A stretch of 64,000 bases of DNA from Takakia lepidozioides (lineage: Eukaryota > Plantae > Bryophyta): contig CM060733.1 of NCBI GenBank assembly GCA_030704615.1, forward strand, positions 67,952,001 through 68,016,000, in the 5' to 3' direction. The notes beneath the pieces are model-generated. The model saw only the letters and a program-made list of their open reading frames with translations, was not told where the DNA came from and did not search any database. The position numbers and the translations under genes are program-made. This document shows positions 48,723 through 61,200 of the stretch, in pieces (the stretch's first letter is position 1; the number at the start of each line of letters is the position of its first letter).

Positions 48723-50721
48723 TTGAGTTGGCCACTGACACGTCAATCTTTTCGGAGACCCTATAGATACAGTGACATGGAGAGGTCTTTGATTCAGATG
48801 AGGACTCAAGATCTCTGGGAGGTTGGTTTGGTGGAGCTCTGTGGTGGAATGTATGCTTCAGCCACGGTGATGCCAGCCAAGAAGGATGTCTATGGCAATT
48901 GGACGGAGAGACATATGTGCGGTGATTACCGGCCTGTAAATCGTCAGACCAAGTCCGATAAGTATGCCATGCCCACACCGGAGGAGATCTTTGATGTCAT
49001 TGGGCATGCCAAGGTCTTTAGCACTTTGGACTTGCGGTCCGGATATCACCAGTTGCCGATCAAAGAGGCGGACAAGCAGAAGACGACATTCTGGGGGATC
49101 AATGAGCACGGGAAGGATTGCCTATATCAGTGGCGGTTCTTACCATTCGGGCTTAAGAATGCTCCCGCAGAGTTCCAGAGAGTTATGGACAGGATTCTAG
49201 CAGGGGTAGACTTTGCTCGGTGCTACATAGATGACATCATCATCTTTAGTGTTACGGTGGAGGAGCACGAGAGACACCTTCAGGTGGTGTTTGAGCGTTT
49301 GAGAGCGCACGGATTGAAATTACATTCGGGGAAGTGCAAGTTCTTCCACAACCAGATTGAGTATCTGGGCCACATGATATATCCTAGAGGATTGGGGGTG
49401 TAGCACACTAAGGTAAAGGCCATCGCACAGATTCCACGTCCCACGGATGTGAGCCGAGTTCGAGCTTTCATGGGGTTGGCAAACTACTATAGACGGTTTG
49501 TTAAGGGATTTAGTGCTATTGCAAAGGCTCTAATTAAGCTTACCAAGGTGGACCATGAGTGACAGTGGGAAGATGAGCAGGAATGAGCTTTTCAAGAACT
49601 CAAGGCGAGGTTGACCTCGGCGCCCATCTTGGGACGACCTATCAGGGGGTGTCCCTTTCAGCTGCACACGGATTGGAGCATATTGGGGCTTAGAGCGGTG
49701 CTCACACAGGTGGATGATGAGGGAAGAGAGTTCGTAGTGGCTTATGCTAGTCGCTCAAATAACATTGTAGAGGCTAAGTATAGCTCATATGAGGGAGACT
49801 GCTTAACTGCAGTGTGGGCCGTGGCACACTTCAAGTGCTATCAATACGACAATCTCTTCACCCTTGTCACGGATTACCAGCCACTCAAGTGGTTGATGGA
49901 GTCACACAAACTTACGAGGAAGCTTGCACGGTATACTTCAGGAGTACATGACTTTCAGGTGGTGCATCGACCAGGTTTGGTCAATCGGGATGCGGATGGA
50001 TTGAGTCGCAATCCATGCACAAACCAACAGGATGACAATGGAGCTCGGTGGCATGGTGGGACGGACGAGGAGATGGCATGCATCTGTCTTTTTGTGTATC
50101 TTGGCAGCGGGAGGTTAGATTGGACCTACAACAGGGATGACTGTAGACAGAGTGTTTGAGGACCTTGAGGCTAGTGATGAGCTAGGTGGTGCAAGAGATA
50201 TATATGAGGATTCGGCTGTATTGGACTGCCTCCACACTAGAGACACAGCAGCCACTATGACTGCCAAGGAGAGGGATCGGATCCTACAACGAGCTAAGAG
50301 GTTCAAGTGGGAGGGGACACATCTGCTCCGAGTGTGGGAAGATGGTCGGGTGAGGATCGTGCCTCACCCAACATAGCGTGCACGGTTAGTGCGGCATGCC
50401 TATGAGGAGTTGGGGCATTTTGGGGTGCGACACACTCACAGTTTACTACATGGGCAGTATTGGTGGCGTGGTATGCACACAGAGGTGCAACAGTTCATGG
50501 CTAGGTGCATGGTGTGTGACAGGGTGCATGCTTCATTCAACGCCCCTACACCACAATTGCATCCTCTTCCGATCATGGGATTGGGCTACAGGTGGAGTCT
50601 TGACTTTGCAGAACCGTTGTCACTCACGATGCGCCAGATATGTGTTGGTGATGGTGGAACACTTCTCCAAGTGGATAGAGTTGGTTCCATTGCCTGACAA
50701 AGCTAGTGATGGGGCTGCGTA
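48723..50721 (+). pseudogene. RT, RNase H and partial integrase of copy 2
   Basis: Same motifs as copy 1 (YIDD, HTDWS, EELGHFG..C..C, WSLDF). Confidence 0.93.
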
Positions 50722-53330
50722 GTATCCGACTAGTGTTTGGTGTGTTTATATGTTGTGCACGGTTTTGGACAGCGATGTAGTTGTGTAGCGATATGTATGC
50801 GCACAACAGCCCGTCTATTCCAGTGGACTTGCCCAACGGAGTCCGTCAGCAGACTTGCCCACAACTTGCCATGAGTCTTGCCCTCTTGAGACCGGCAGCA
50901 GGCTTTCCCACACTGACCTGCCAGCGGACTTGCGCAAGTGAGTCTTCCAGCGGACTTGGCCAAAGGACATTCTGAGCGGATTGGGTTGCCAGCAGACTTG
51001 CACAAAGGAGCTGGCCGGCGGACTGGCCTGCCAGCGACTTGCCGCCAGGAGTTCTCCAGCAGGCTCCCCACTCTATTCTTCCAGCGGACTTGCCCTTAGG
51101 AGGCCAGCAGCAGACTTACCTACACTCACTGCCAGCAGACCTGACCACACTGACCTGACAGCGGACTTGCGCAAGTGAGTCTTCCAGCGGACTTGGCCAG
51201 AGGACATTCTGAGCGGACTGGGTTGCCAGCGGACTTGGCCAAATGAGCTTCTAAGCGGATTTGCATAGAGGAGTCCGCCGGCAGACTTGTCTGCAAGCGG
51301 ATTTGGCCAAATGAGCTTCTGAGCGGGCTTCCTTGCCAGCAGACTTGCAGAAAGGACTCGGACAACGGATTTGTTGAGTTGCCTGCCAGGGGACTTGCCA
51401 AAGAGACTGACAGTGGACCAACGCAACGGACTTCGACGCGAGTGTACAGGTGGGGTATGTGAAACTTACGTAATAGCGTTTATTTCGGCGTCGGCATCGT
51501 CCACAATGAAGGCATTGGGTCGCCAGTTCGGCATATCTGCGAGGAGTGAGTCGTGCAAGGCTGTCATCCATGACACCAGGTCTGTTGTCCGATTACGCGT
51601 GGATATGATGTAGGCAACTGGTATACCGTTAAGCCACTCGTTGAAGACCATCATTAACGTGTACAATGGGAACTGTTCAGATGCAGAATGTCAGATGCTG
51701 CCAATGTGCGCACCTCCACAAGTTGTGCAAGCGAAAAAATAGTGAAATGGATGAAGAGTACCTTGTGATGATTTGTCCCGAAGGTTGCATCACATGCAAT
51801 GATACGGGCATGTTGGCGCCAGTTTCTCCTCTTGATAGAAGAAGACCGACGCGGGGTTCTCGTCTTTCCACATGCGGACACTTTCCGCATCGTTGGCGTG
51901 TTTTTTGAACGTTTGCCACGCCCGTTTCTCGGCCAGGTTGCGGACATCTTGCTCCAACAAGAAATCATATGCTCGTGTCCATGCATCTCCCAACCCGGTG
52001 TTGTTCATCACGTGCTCTTTATGTTCCATCATGATTTGGGTGACCGACAGGCCTCAGCACAAACATTCGACGACCCATGCTTTCAATTCCTCGCTAATGT
52101 GTGGTGCATAGGCATGGCGGGTGTTCCTGAACTCAGCCGATTTTCCATGCGAGGCTTTCCCTTTCGCGTCTGTATGCTCCATGTTGTTGTAGTACGTGAG
52201 GACACAAATGTCGGGGGCGAGATAACATTGCTAGACCTTGAAACAACTTTGGCAACCACGCTTGTAAGACTCTCCAAACTCCGACTTCTTTCTTCCTTTA
52301 TGAGGGTGAGATGTTTCAGCACCCACAAGATCCTCCACGCTTCAGTTTTAGCTCCACTATTGCATTGTTGGTGCGTTTGTCATCAGGACCGTAACAACAT
52401 TGATACCTAGACATAAAATTCAAAATCGATATCCATCGACTTGTGGAAGTATGAAATCACAATAGGTGGGAAACAAAAATGGCAGTAGACATGCAATGAG
52501 ACTACAAAAAGATGGTGAGGATGGTGCACACATGATACTGGTCAGACACGTATTGGCTCTGGGCGCTTTTCGCATGCCGGGTTCCACTTTAGAATGGACA
52601 TTCACCCAAAACTGAGTGGGGTTGTCCACCAAACTCTCCTCTCCAAGGACAAAGTCAGCAACTCTATCCCAAGGTATGCAGGCCTTGTGAACATTCACTC
52701 GCATACCCATAAACCCATATTGTGTCTCATAATTCTAGTGGAGGTCCTTCGTGTTGAAGGGTCCTGGTTTTGGTGTTTGCAAACATTGTCGAAGAGGCCG
52801 TATAAGCGGGCTTTTCGTTTTCAGTATATCATCGCCTTTTGCTTCCCCGTCCATGCCCTGTACAACACAAATGACGCGCTTCAGAACCTGCAAGAAACAC
52901 GCCACAGTACCCTGGACATGATCGACAACGTGCAAGGAGCAACAATGCGCACGTTCGCGGCTGTTGGCAAGTGGCAGGCGGCAGGGATAAGGTTTGAAAT
53001 CATGCCCTAAAAATGGAGGGCTCAGATGGGGTTTAGGAACAGACGGTCCAGATTTGGCGTCGTCAACGGACTGGAAGTTGGGGGACTGGCGTAGCATACT
53101 GGCCGGTAGACCGACAGACTGGCAGACTGGAGGGAAGCGGACTCATGGGCAGCGGACTGGCGGACAAACTGGCAGAGTGGACGTGAGGGGACAAGCACAA
53201 CGGACTGGGCGCGACAGAACGCGGGCGCGGGTCGGCGACCGCACGCAGTGGGGGCCGGGTTGGGAGGAGCCGGGCATCCGTGCGCGGGGCCCACCGGTCA
53301 GCTCGCGCGTGCGCATTAAAGACCCTAATA
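50722..53330 (-). mobile_element. Mutator-like (MULE) element remnant with GCGGACTTG(G)CC subterminal repeats at 50820-51420; boundaries approximate
   Basis: Short-repeat array plus MULE transposase fragments; related GGACTGG repeats at 53060-53210. Confidence 0.7.
51466..52710 (-). pseudogene. MULE transposase fragments, multi-exon and truncated
   Basis: IPWDRVADFVLGEE; VRMWKDENP..VFFYQE; IIACDATFGTN; YTLMMVFNEWLNGIPVAYII; AFIVDDADAEINAI (DDE core D residues). Confidence 0.85.
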
Positions 53331-53499
53331 TCATAAAATGAGAGGCAAATCAAGCCATATAGTATTGGGACCCAAGTAGCACAACCTGCCACATGCATAA
53401 AATTATTCATCCAGGGATTTCATTCATTCACATACATGGATGAAATATTCCCGTTACCCCTATCTTGAAATATTTCGAAATTTCATCGTGAGTGTTGGT

Positions 53500-54040
53500 G
53501 CTAAGCATCAAAACCCTTGGCATAGTCCTGCCTTAGAAAGGCAAGGCCAAAAAGGTAATACCCGCCCAACATTGGCCAGTGTTGGGCGGGTATATAGGGC
53601 CTGGCCGGGTATCAACTAGGGTATGAACATTGGCAATAAATAACCGACCCAGCTGGTATTGGCTGTTGTAATACTAGGGTTAATAAACGAACCGCCTTGG
53701 TATTGACAATTCCCATACCTAGGTCAATACCTTACATAGGCTGGTATTGACAAAAGCAATACCCGTGCAATACCCGTATTATGGGCAAACTACACACATG
53801 GTATAGATATGAAGTTGGGCGCACGTCAGGGTCAGGGCATGTCCAGCCCCAAGGGCCTGCCACTATGTTTCATTTTTAGCACATGTCATGTAGGGCAATG
53901 TCGAGTTGGCATTGACAACCTCAACAAATTAGTGCTAATTTTAAGGAATTGGCCGGATGACGACGTGCGGACGGATTGCAAGGTCGTTGAGCCAGCGTTT
54001 TTGAGCCTAGCGGAAGGCACTAAGCCTTTGGGGTGAAGAG
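53500..54040 (+). mobile_element. hAT-like remnant: CAATACC/GGTATTG repeats and dimerisation-domain tail
   Basis: CRVGIDNLNKLVLILRNWPDD resembles a hAT C-terminus; palindromic short repeats at 53555-53780. Confidence 0.5.
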
Positions 54041-55268
54041 ACACCATAATTTACGCTTCCATCAGCCTTAGGATGCGTCAAATATTTAATTAATTTATTT
54101 TTCGGCTTTCAACTATTTCTGTACCTTTTTTTTAATTTATTTATTTAGCATTCTGTACTTCGCCTTCTATTGCTCCTCAACATCCATTTGATTCGCAGGA
54201 TACCCTAAGAGTGAAAATACATGTAGCCTACCAATTCGACGGAAATTACCTAGAGTGGGCCACTTGCACTACCCTGCACCCAATAAGATGGCCACTAGTA
54301 CCCCTTTTCAAAATCCTTAAAGAAAACACGAGACCCGGCTGGTACTTAAAAAAGTACTACCCGCCCAACACTGATATGGACCTTATGCCTTGTGAGGTGC
54401 CGGGCCAGGCTGGCACGGCCTTCCTGCTTTGTGTGAGGGGCCAATACTTTACAGAGGGGAAGGGGCTGGGGTTGGCTCTTCCCGTGTACATTCAGTCATA
54501 GGGGTCCTTTCATCACAAGTGTTATAAGAGGAAGTCATCTCTTTCGTTGCTCACATGAAAGTGGCAGCAGCCAACACGGTTTCAGCCGACTTTTCACTTC
54601 CTAAGTCAGCTGCTGTGCCGAGTATTTGTATCAAGACTTGGAAAAACTGTCTTACTATGAAATGACCATGGAGACAATGTTGAGGCACTCCAGACCTCAT
54701 TTCCCTGCCCAAGATTCTTACAAACACTGCTAGACATCACACACACGACGCGGCCAGGAAACACCCAAATAGTTTTCTTCCACCACATTTCGAGGTCATC
54801 CTTGCTGCAGTAGGTTAGTTGCCAAGGTAGCTTGCAAAGAAGAGTCTTGCATTGTTGCCTTGCGATGACTTGGAGGATATTGGTGTGTACTTGCAACAAG
54901 AATTAGCACTAGCTCTAAGGTCTTCTGATCACTCCTTTTCAACTCACGTACTGATAAGTGGCAAAATTGCAGTGTAGCTGCAAATGGGCCATTTCCCCTG
55001 ATTGCTCCTAAGCATTTACATCATAGCTGTTAACAGTACAATAAATATTCCTCCAACATTAACTAGAAATCCCAGCTTTCACCACTTGGCACTCGAACTA
55101 TCAATGAATGGGTCTTGCTTTCTTGGCCATATCCCTCACTTGCATTCAATTGAGTGTCTATTATCAAACCAGGCAAACAATTTTATGTAGACCTATGACA
55201 GCCTACACTACCTACATCAACATGGAAGTAGTTTCAGCAGATTCTAAAATTGGTTTTGTCTCTCCCTC

Positions 55269-58200
55269 CTAATTTTCATCAGTCTTGCTTCGTGAGGATC
55301 CCTCGAGTTTTCTTCGAGATCTGATCAGCTTTTCAGTGCCTGCAGTCTGGGGCTCCAAATGTCGAACTTGTTCCAGCCGCCTCAATACATCCAAACGCTC
55401 GGGAGCATATGCACTTGGAATCTGTAGACATACACAATGCACAGATCTGAGTCACAAATACATCACCTTCTCCAAAAGATTCCTGGTACTCATGTTTCCC
55501 CATCATCTTTGGGCAGGCAGCAATTCAGTTTGTTAGGAACAACTAAAAAGTATACTGACAGGTACACAAAGTGGAGGAAATAAGGAAGAAAGGGGATAGA
55601 GAGGGACACCACTGACCAGAGCAGGCACAACGGCTAGAAGCTTAATATAAGAACTTATGGGGAACAGCAATTGAAAGTAATGAGAAAATTGATGGTCAAT
55701 CCTTTCTAGGCTATCCAGAAAGGAGTAATAAATGCTCAAGGAGCCAAATGATGACATATATGTTGAGCCCATCAAATGTTTAACCAATCGAATGAACTTC
55801 ATATATTCCAGAACTGTTGGAAGATTTGTACTACCAATGGCAAGATTGACAACCAGAGAAGTAGGAATTGCTTGTTGACTTACAATGGAATTCATTTAGT
55901 GTAGCTTGGAGAACTTACTGGCAGTAACATCAGAAAGCCAATTGGTATAACAGATGCAAGATCTGTCAGTGTCCGCCGCAAAATCTTCTGTTCTCGATTG
56001 GTCAGTGGTTGGCCTGCCACGCTTGTTCTAAAGAGCACAATCGCTGCTCCCACGTCTGTTCCCAAAAGCTGTGTGCCCCTCCATACATCCTGCTCATGAG
56101 CATTATGTGGGATTACCATACGATGAGGAGTAACAGGGTAAGGAAGAGAAATGGAACAACTAACAACTCACAATAAGCATTGCCAATGGTTCTAACCAGG
56201 AAGAGGATAAATCACTTTTGTAAAATCACCACCTTGCATTGCCAGCAAATAATGTGCAAGGCTAGCTGGTCTTACAGAACTAGCATCCTTAAGCTTTTCA
56301 ATTGACTTGCTGAAAACATCTCCATATGCCCCTGCCAGCTCAACATCCGTGGTGTCATCGTCCAGCCTGGATGCGCTGCTGCTTTGGACCTCATAATCAG
56401 ATGCACGGACCCCCTCTTCTTCTGACAATGGCTGCACCCATACCCATGGACAGGAGAGAGCACACTAAAGATAAATGGAAAGGAAGGAGAAGAGAGGAAC
56501 AGGGCCGAATAGAAATGTACTCATAAGACGTTGTTTGCCGTAGCCTTTAGGCCATTGACCCTGCGCCCAGTTTGAGCGGAACACAAAGGGACAGAAACTA
56601 CTTTTGTCGGGGGCTGACCCCGGTAGAATGACTTACCATGGAACAGACAATTGATCCGAGTTTCCAGATATCCTCTAGAAATCCCTTCACACAAACATCA
56701 ATCTGCTGTGGGTGATTTGCCCAATAACTAGACCCCAAAAGGGCCTGGGTTTTTGGCTCAGCCTCGAGATCTTCAAAGTTGGAAAACAGAGGTACAGGAA
56801 CAATTCCCTTGATGGATTTGAACAGGGTGTCTCTCTGATGAGAATACCCAGGACGATGAATTGGAAAGTGGATAGTGTCTTCAGGTTACCCACACAACAG
56901 GCAACTGCAATGCCCCTTTCCTCTCTGCGTCTGTTTGCTGTTTAAGAGTAGGCTTCCCGCTCTGAGTTTAAATGTCAGTCTAGTGCCGAGAGTGGGTAAA
57001 CCTTTGAGGTCATCCATTATGGCCTCAGCCATTGCACAGACTGGAAACAAGTTCAGGGAAGTTTTCTGCCTAACTTCATTTTCATCAGACAATTTCCTGG
57101 CAGCAGACTTGGCTTTGGACACTATAGCCTCTAAGTCAGAATTATCCAGCAGGGTCAAGACTTGCGTACTTAGATTCAGAACCTTGAAAATCTCTTCTAC
57201 GCTCGCCACGACTTAGCCTGTTTGACAGGGCGACCCTGCTTCCAAGATGTATAGTCGATTAACTTAGGATATCTGATATTAGTCAGACATTGCAGTTGAC
57301 CCCACCATCTGACCTTGAATTCATCTCGTCGGGAGCTTAAGGGAGGAATGCCAAACACCCCCCGAACAGCCACGGAACAGGGCTTAATAGAGAGGTGGAG
57401 CTAGTAAGGAAAGGGACCCACCCTGTCAGAGGTTGTTTGGCCAGCGCATTGCCTGAGCCGAGATTCAAGTGCAGCCAATTCACCCCGCAGAAGCTCAAAT
57501 TTCTCCATTTCCTTCGAAACTGCAGCTGCATCCTCTAGCACTAGCTCTGCGTTCTTCTCATCATACACACCATCATCCTGTATGTGCACACCTCACAATA
57601 TTGGTACTGGTGCATATATATCTACAAAGATCCTGAACAGCTTGGTGGTTGAAGGGGTTCAACAAATCTCACAAAAACATACTATAATTATTTATATGCT
57701 GAGCAGAAGAATACACTTATATCCAAGCAGCAATTCTGAACTTGAAGTGATATCAATTGCAAGTATGTAACTTCACTTTTCCTGCAAGACCACAACTTCA
57801 CAAAAGTTGCAGACCAACAGGGACAAAAACTGTTGACACACATATTTCTGTAGTGCGAAAGGACAGACTCAACTCATTAACAGGAGAAACCTCAGAGAAA
57901 GGGGGACCAGGAATCAGCCCACCCAGCTCAATAAGGACGACAGTGGAACATTCAAAGGCAGAATGCAAAACATAGATGCAAAATGGGGAACAGGTGACAT
58001 ACAGCTGAACTGGAGGTCACAATTGAGTCATTGTCTTCCCTCCCCTTCCTCAGATCAGAGAAGGGAAGGATAAACCTCATCAATCGTCTACCCCAGTTTG
58101 CAGCACCTTCTTCCAGACGCCCCCTATGCACAAGCAACCATGACACAACTTATAACTGCGGCACACTCAGAACCCAAACATGTATTACCAACCACCCTTG

Positions 58201-61200
58201 GTCCGAACAGTCTCAGTCACCTGTCTTCCTTGTTCTGTTCTCTCACTCTCTCTCTCTAATGCATCTCTCTCCTGGAGTACGCATCTGCAATATGGGTTGA
58301 TAACTCCAACCAGTTTAAGTCTCTTAGAATCCATTCAAGTGGGGGTGCTTAAGGAGTGCATGTCAGCATGCTCCAAAACAGCCAATGTGGCTGTTCGGGG
58401 TGAGTTTGGCATCCCTTCCTTAAGCTCCCGAAGAGATGGATTCAAGGTCAGATGGTGGGGTCAGCTGCAACATATGTCCAACATCAGATATCCTAAGTTA
58501 ATCGACTCTATATTTTGGAAGCAGGATCGCCCTGTCAAACAGGCTAAGTCCTGGCGGAAGAGAGCAGAAGAGTTCCTCAAGGATCTATCAAGGAATTGTG
58601 CCTGTATCTCTGTTTACCAACTTTGAAAGTCTTGAGGATGAGCCAAAAGCCCAGGCCCTTTTGGGGCCTAGTTATTGCGCAAACCACACACAGCAGGTTG
58701 ATGCTTGTAAAGGGATTTCTAGAGGATATCTGGAAAATCCGGATCAATTGTTTATTCCAAGGTAAGTCTTACTACCGGCGTCAGCCCCTGACAAACGTAG
58801 GTTCTGTCCCTTTGTGTACAGCTCAAATTTGGCGTGGGGTCAATGGCCACAAGGCTACGGCAAACAAAATCTTATGAGTACATTCTCTCCTGGATTTCTA
58901 GAGGATATCTGGAAAACTCTAATTAATTGTCTGTTCCAAGGTAAGTCATACTACCGCCGTCAGCCCCTGGCAAAGGTAGTTTCTACCCTTTGTGTTCCGC
59001 TCAAACTGAGCGCGGGGTCAATGGCCACAAGGCTACGGCAAACAACGTCTTATGAGTACATTCTCTAATGCATCTCTCTCCTCTGTTTACCGACTTTGAA
59101 AATCTCGAGGCTGAGCCAAAAACCCAGGCCCTTTTGGGGTCTAGAAATTGGGCAGATCACACACAGTAGATTGATGCTGTGTGAAGGGATTTCTAGAGGA
59201 TACCTGGAAAACTCAGATAAAATGGCTATTTCAAGGTTAAGTCATACTACCGGGGTCAGCCCCCGACAAAGGTAGTTTCTGTCCCTTTCGCTCAAACTGG
59301 GCACGGGGTCAATGGCCACAAGGCTACTGCAAACAACGTCTCATGAGTACAATCTCTAATGCATCTGCAGTGTCCAAATCAGCTGACGTGGCTGTTCAGG
59401 GTGAGAGTGGCATTCCTCCCTCCCGACGAGATGAATTCAAGGTCAGATGGTGGGGTCAGCTGCAACATATGAGTAATACCAGATATCCTAAGTTAATCGA
59501 ACTGAATCTAAGTACGCAAGTCTTGAGCCATAATTCTGACTTAAGAGAATATAGTGTCCAAAGCCATGTCTGTTGCCCAGGAAATTGTCTGATGAAAATG
59601 AAGTTAGGCAGAAAACTTCCCTGAACTTGTTTCCAGTCTGTGACATGGGTGAGGCCATCATGGATGACCTCAAGGGTCTACCCACTCTCAGCACTAGACT
59701 GAAATTTAAAGTCAGGGCGGGAAGCATACCTTTGAACAGCAAACAGATGCAGAGAGGAAAGGGGGATTGCAAATGCCCGATGTGTGGGCAACCTGAAGAC
59801 AATATCCACTTTCTGAATCATTGTCCTGGGTACTCTCACCAGAGAGACACTGTCTTCAAATCCATCAAAGGAAGTGTTCCTGTAACTCTGTTTACCAACT
59901 TTGAAAATCTCAAGGCTGAGCCAAAAGCCCAGGTCCTTTTGGGGTCTAGTTATTGGGCAAACCGTACACAGCATATTGATGTTTGTGTGAAGGGATTTCT
60001 AGAGGATATCTTGAAAACTCGGATCAGTTGTTTGTTTCAAGGTAAGTCATACTACCGGCGTCAGCCCTGACAAAGGTAATTTCTGTGTCTTTGTGTTCCG
60101 CTCAAACTGGGCACGGGGTCAATGGCCACAAGGCTATCGCCAACAACATCTTATGAGTACATTCTCTAATGCTTTTGAAAGCAGCACATAAATTTTCTAC
60201 TTTGATAGTCTATTTTGTTCTACTTTGGATTATCCTTTCTTGCGCCAGAGTGGAATTACGGCTTTGCATCTTCCACCATGTACTATTGCATACATAGACA
60301 GCTAGGGCGTACAGCGACCGCTTTCCAGCAGAACATGAAACCGTCACATCTTCTCACAAGAAGAGACTTCAAGAAATCTTCTAGGCACTGTCTTCCTGAG
60401 GTACCAGTGATGATGGCTTCCCCCGTGTTGAGAAATGTCACAGCCCCTTCCTACACTGACACTTCAGGTGGTTTTGGGCTAAGTGATCTACTCCTTTTGA
60501 CTCCCTTGCATATTTGTACCCAAGTGGGGTTCATCTGCTATCGGACATGATACTTATTGGTTCATGTTGGAGAGCTATAGCTATTCACATCAACCTTGTT
60601 CTCCACCCATATGTAAGAGGGCCTTCACATCACACATACTCAACAACCCACATCATATGCTTGTGGTGATTTTTGGGACTGGTGCAGGTGAGAAGGCTGT
60701 TTACTTGCAGTGAGCAACCAGTGTTATGGTGTCACTACCTATGAGAGCACTTCAGGAAAGAATAACCATAACAGCGGGTTGCCCCTCTCCAGGGATCTAA
60801 CCTATACTTCTAAGCATTTTTCAATGTGTTAGGTTAATGAAATTGTGCATAGTCACTACATATCACTGTGAGATATGTTATCATGAGCTTACTTCCAAAA
60901 CCTAAGCTGTCCAAGCTCTCTTGAGTTCTATGATCAAGTTTCCTGCAAACCATATATGCGTAAGGTTGCGATGACTTGATAGAGGTGTTGTCAGAAAACA
61001 AACTACACAACAAAGCTGGTTGACATAGCAGCAATCTGCATCACACAGAGCTATCTCGAACTCTCTATCATGGTGCAGTATAGCAGTTCATGAGAAACCA
61101 TGATGCATTCTGCCTACCTGTGGTAGGTCTAAGACGGGAGGGTAAACTGTATTTCATCATATACAGGTATACCACCAACCACCCTGATCACCTCTATGGA

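Larger units (their letters stand above)
46910..50721 (+). mobile_element. Ty3/Gypsy-methyltransferase family copy 2, truncated at both ends (end of protease to mid-integrase)
   Basis: Colinear with 24367-25712 plus 31716-34308; lacks the CACTA insertion. Confidence 0.93.
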
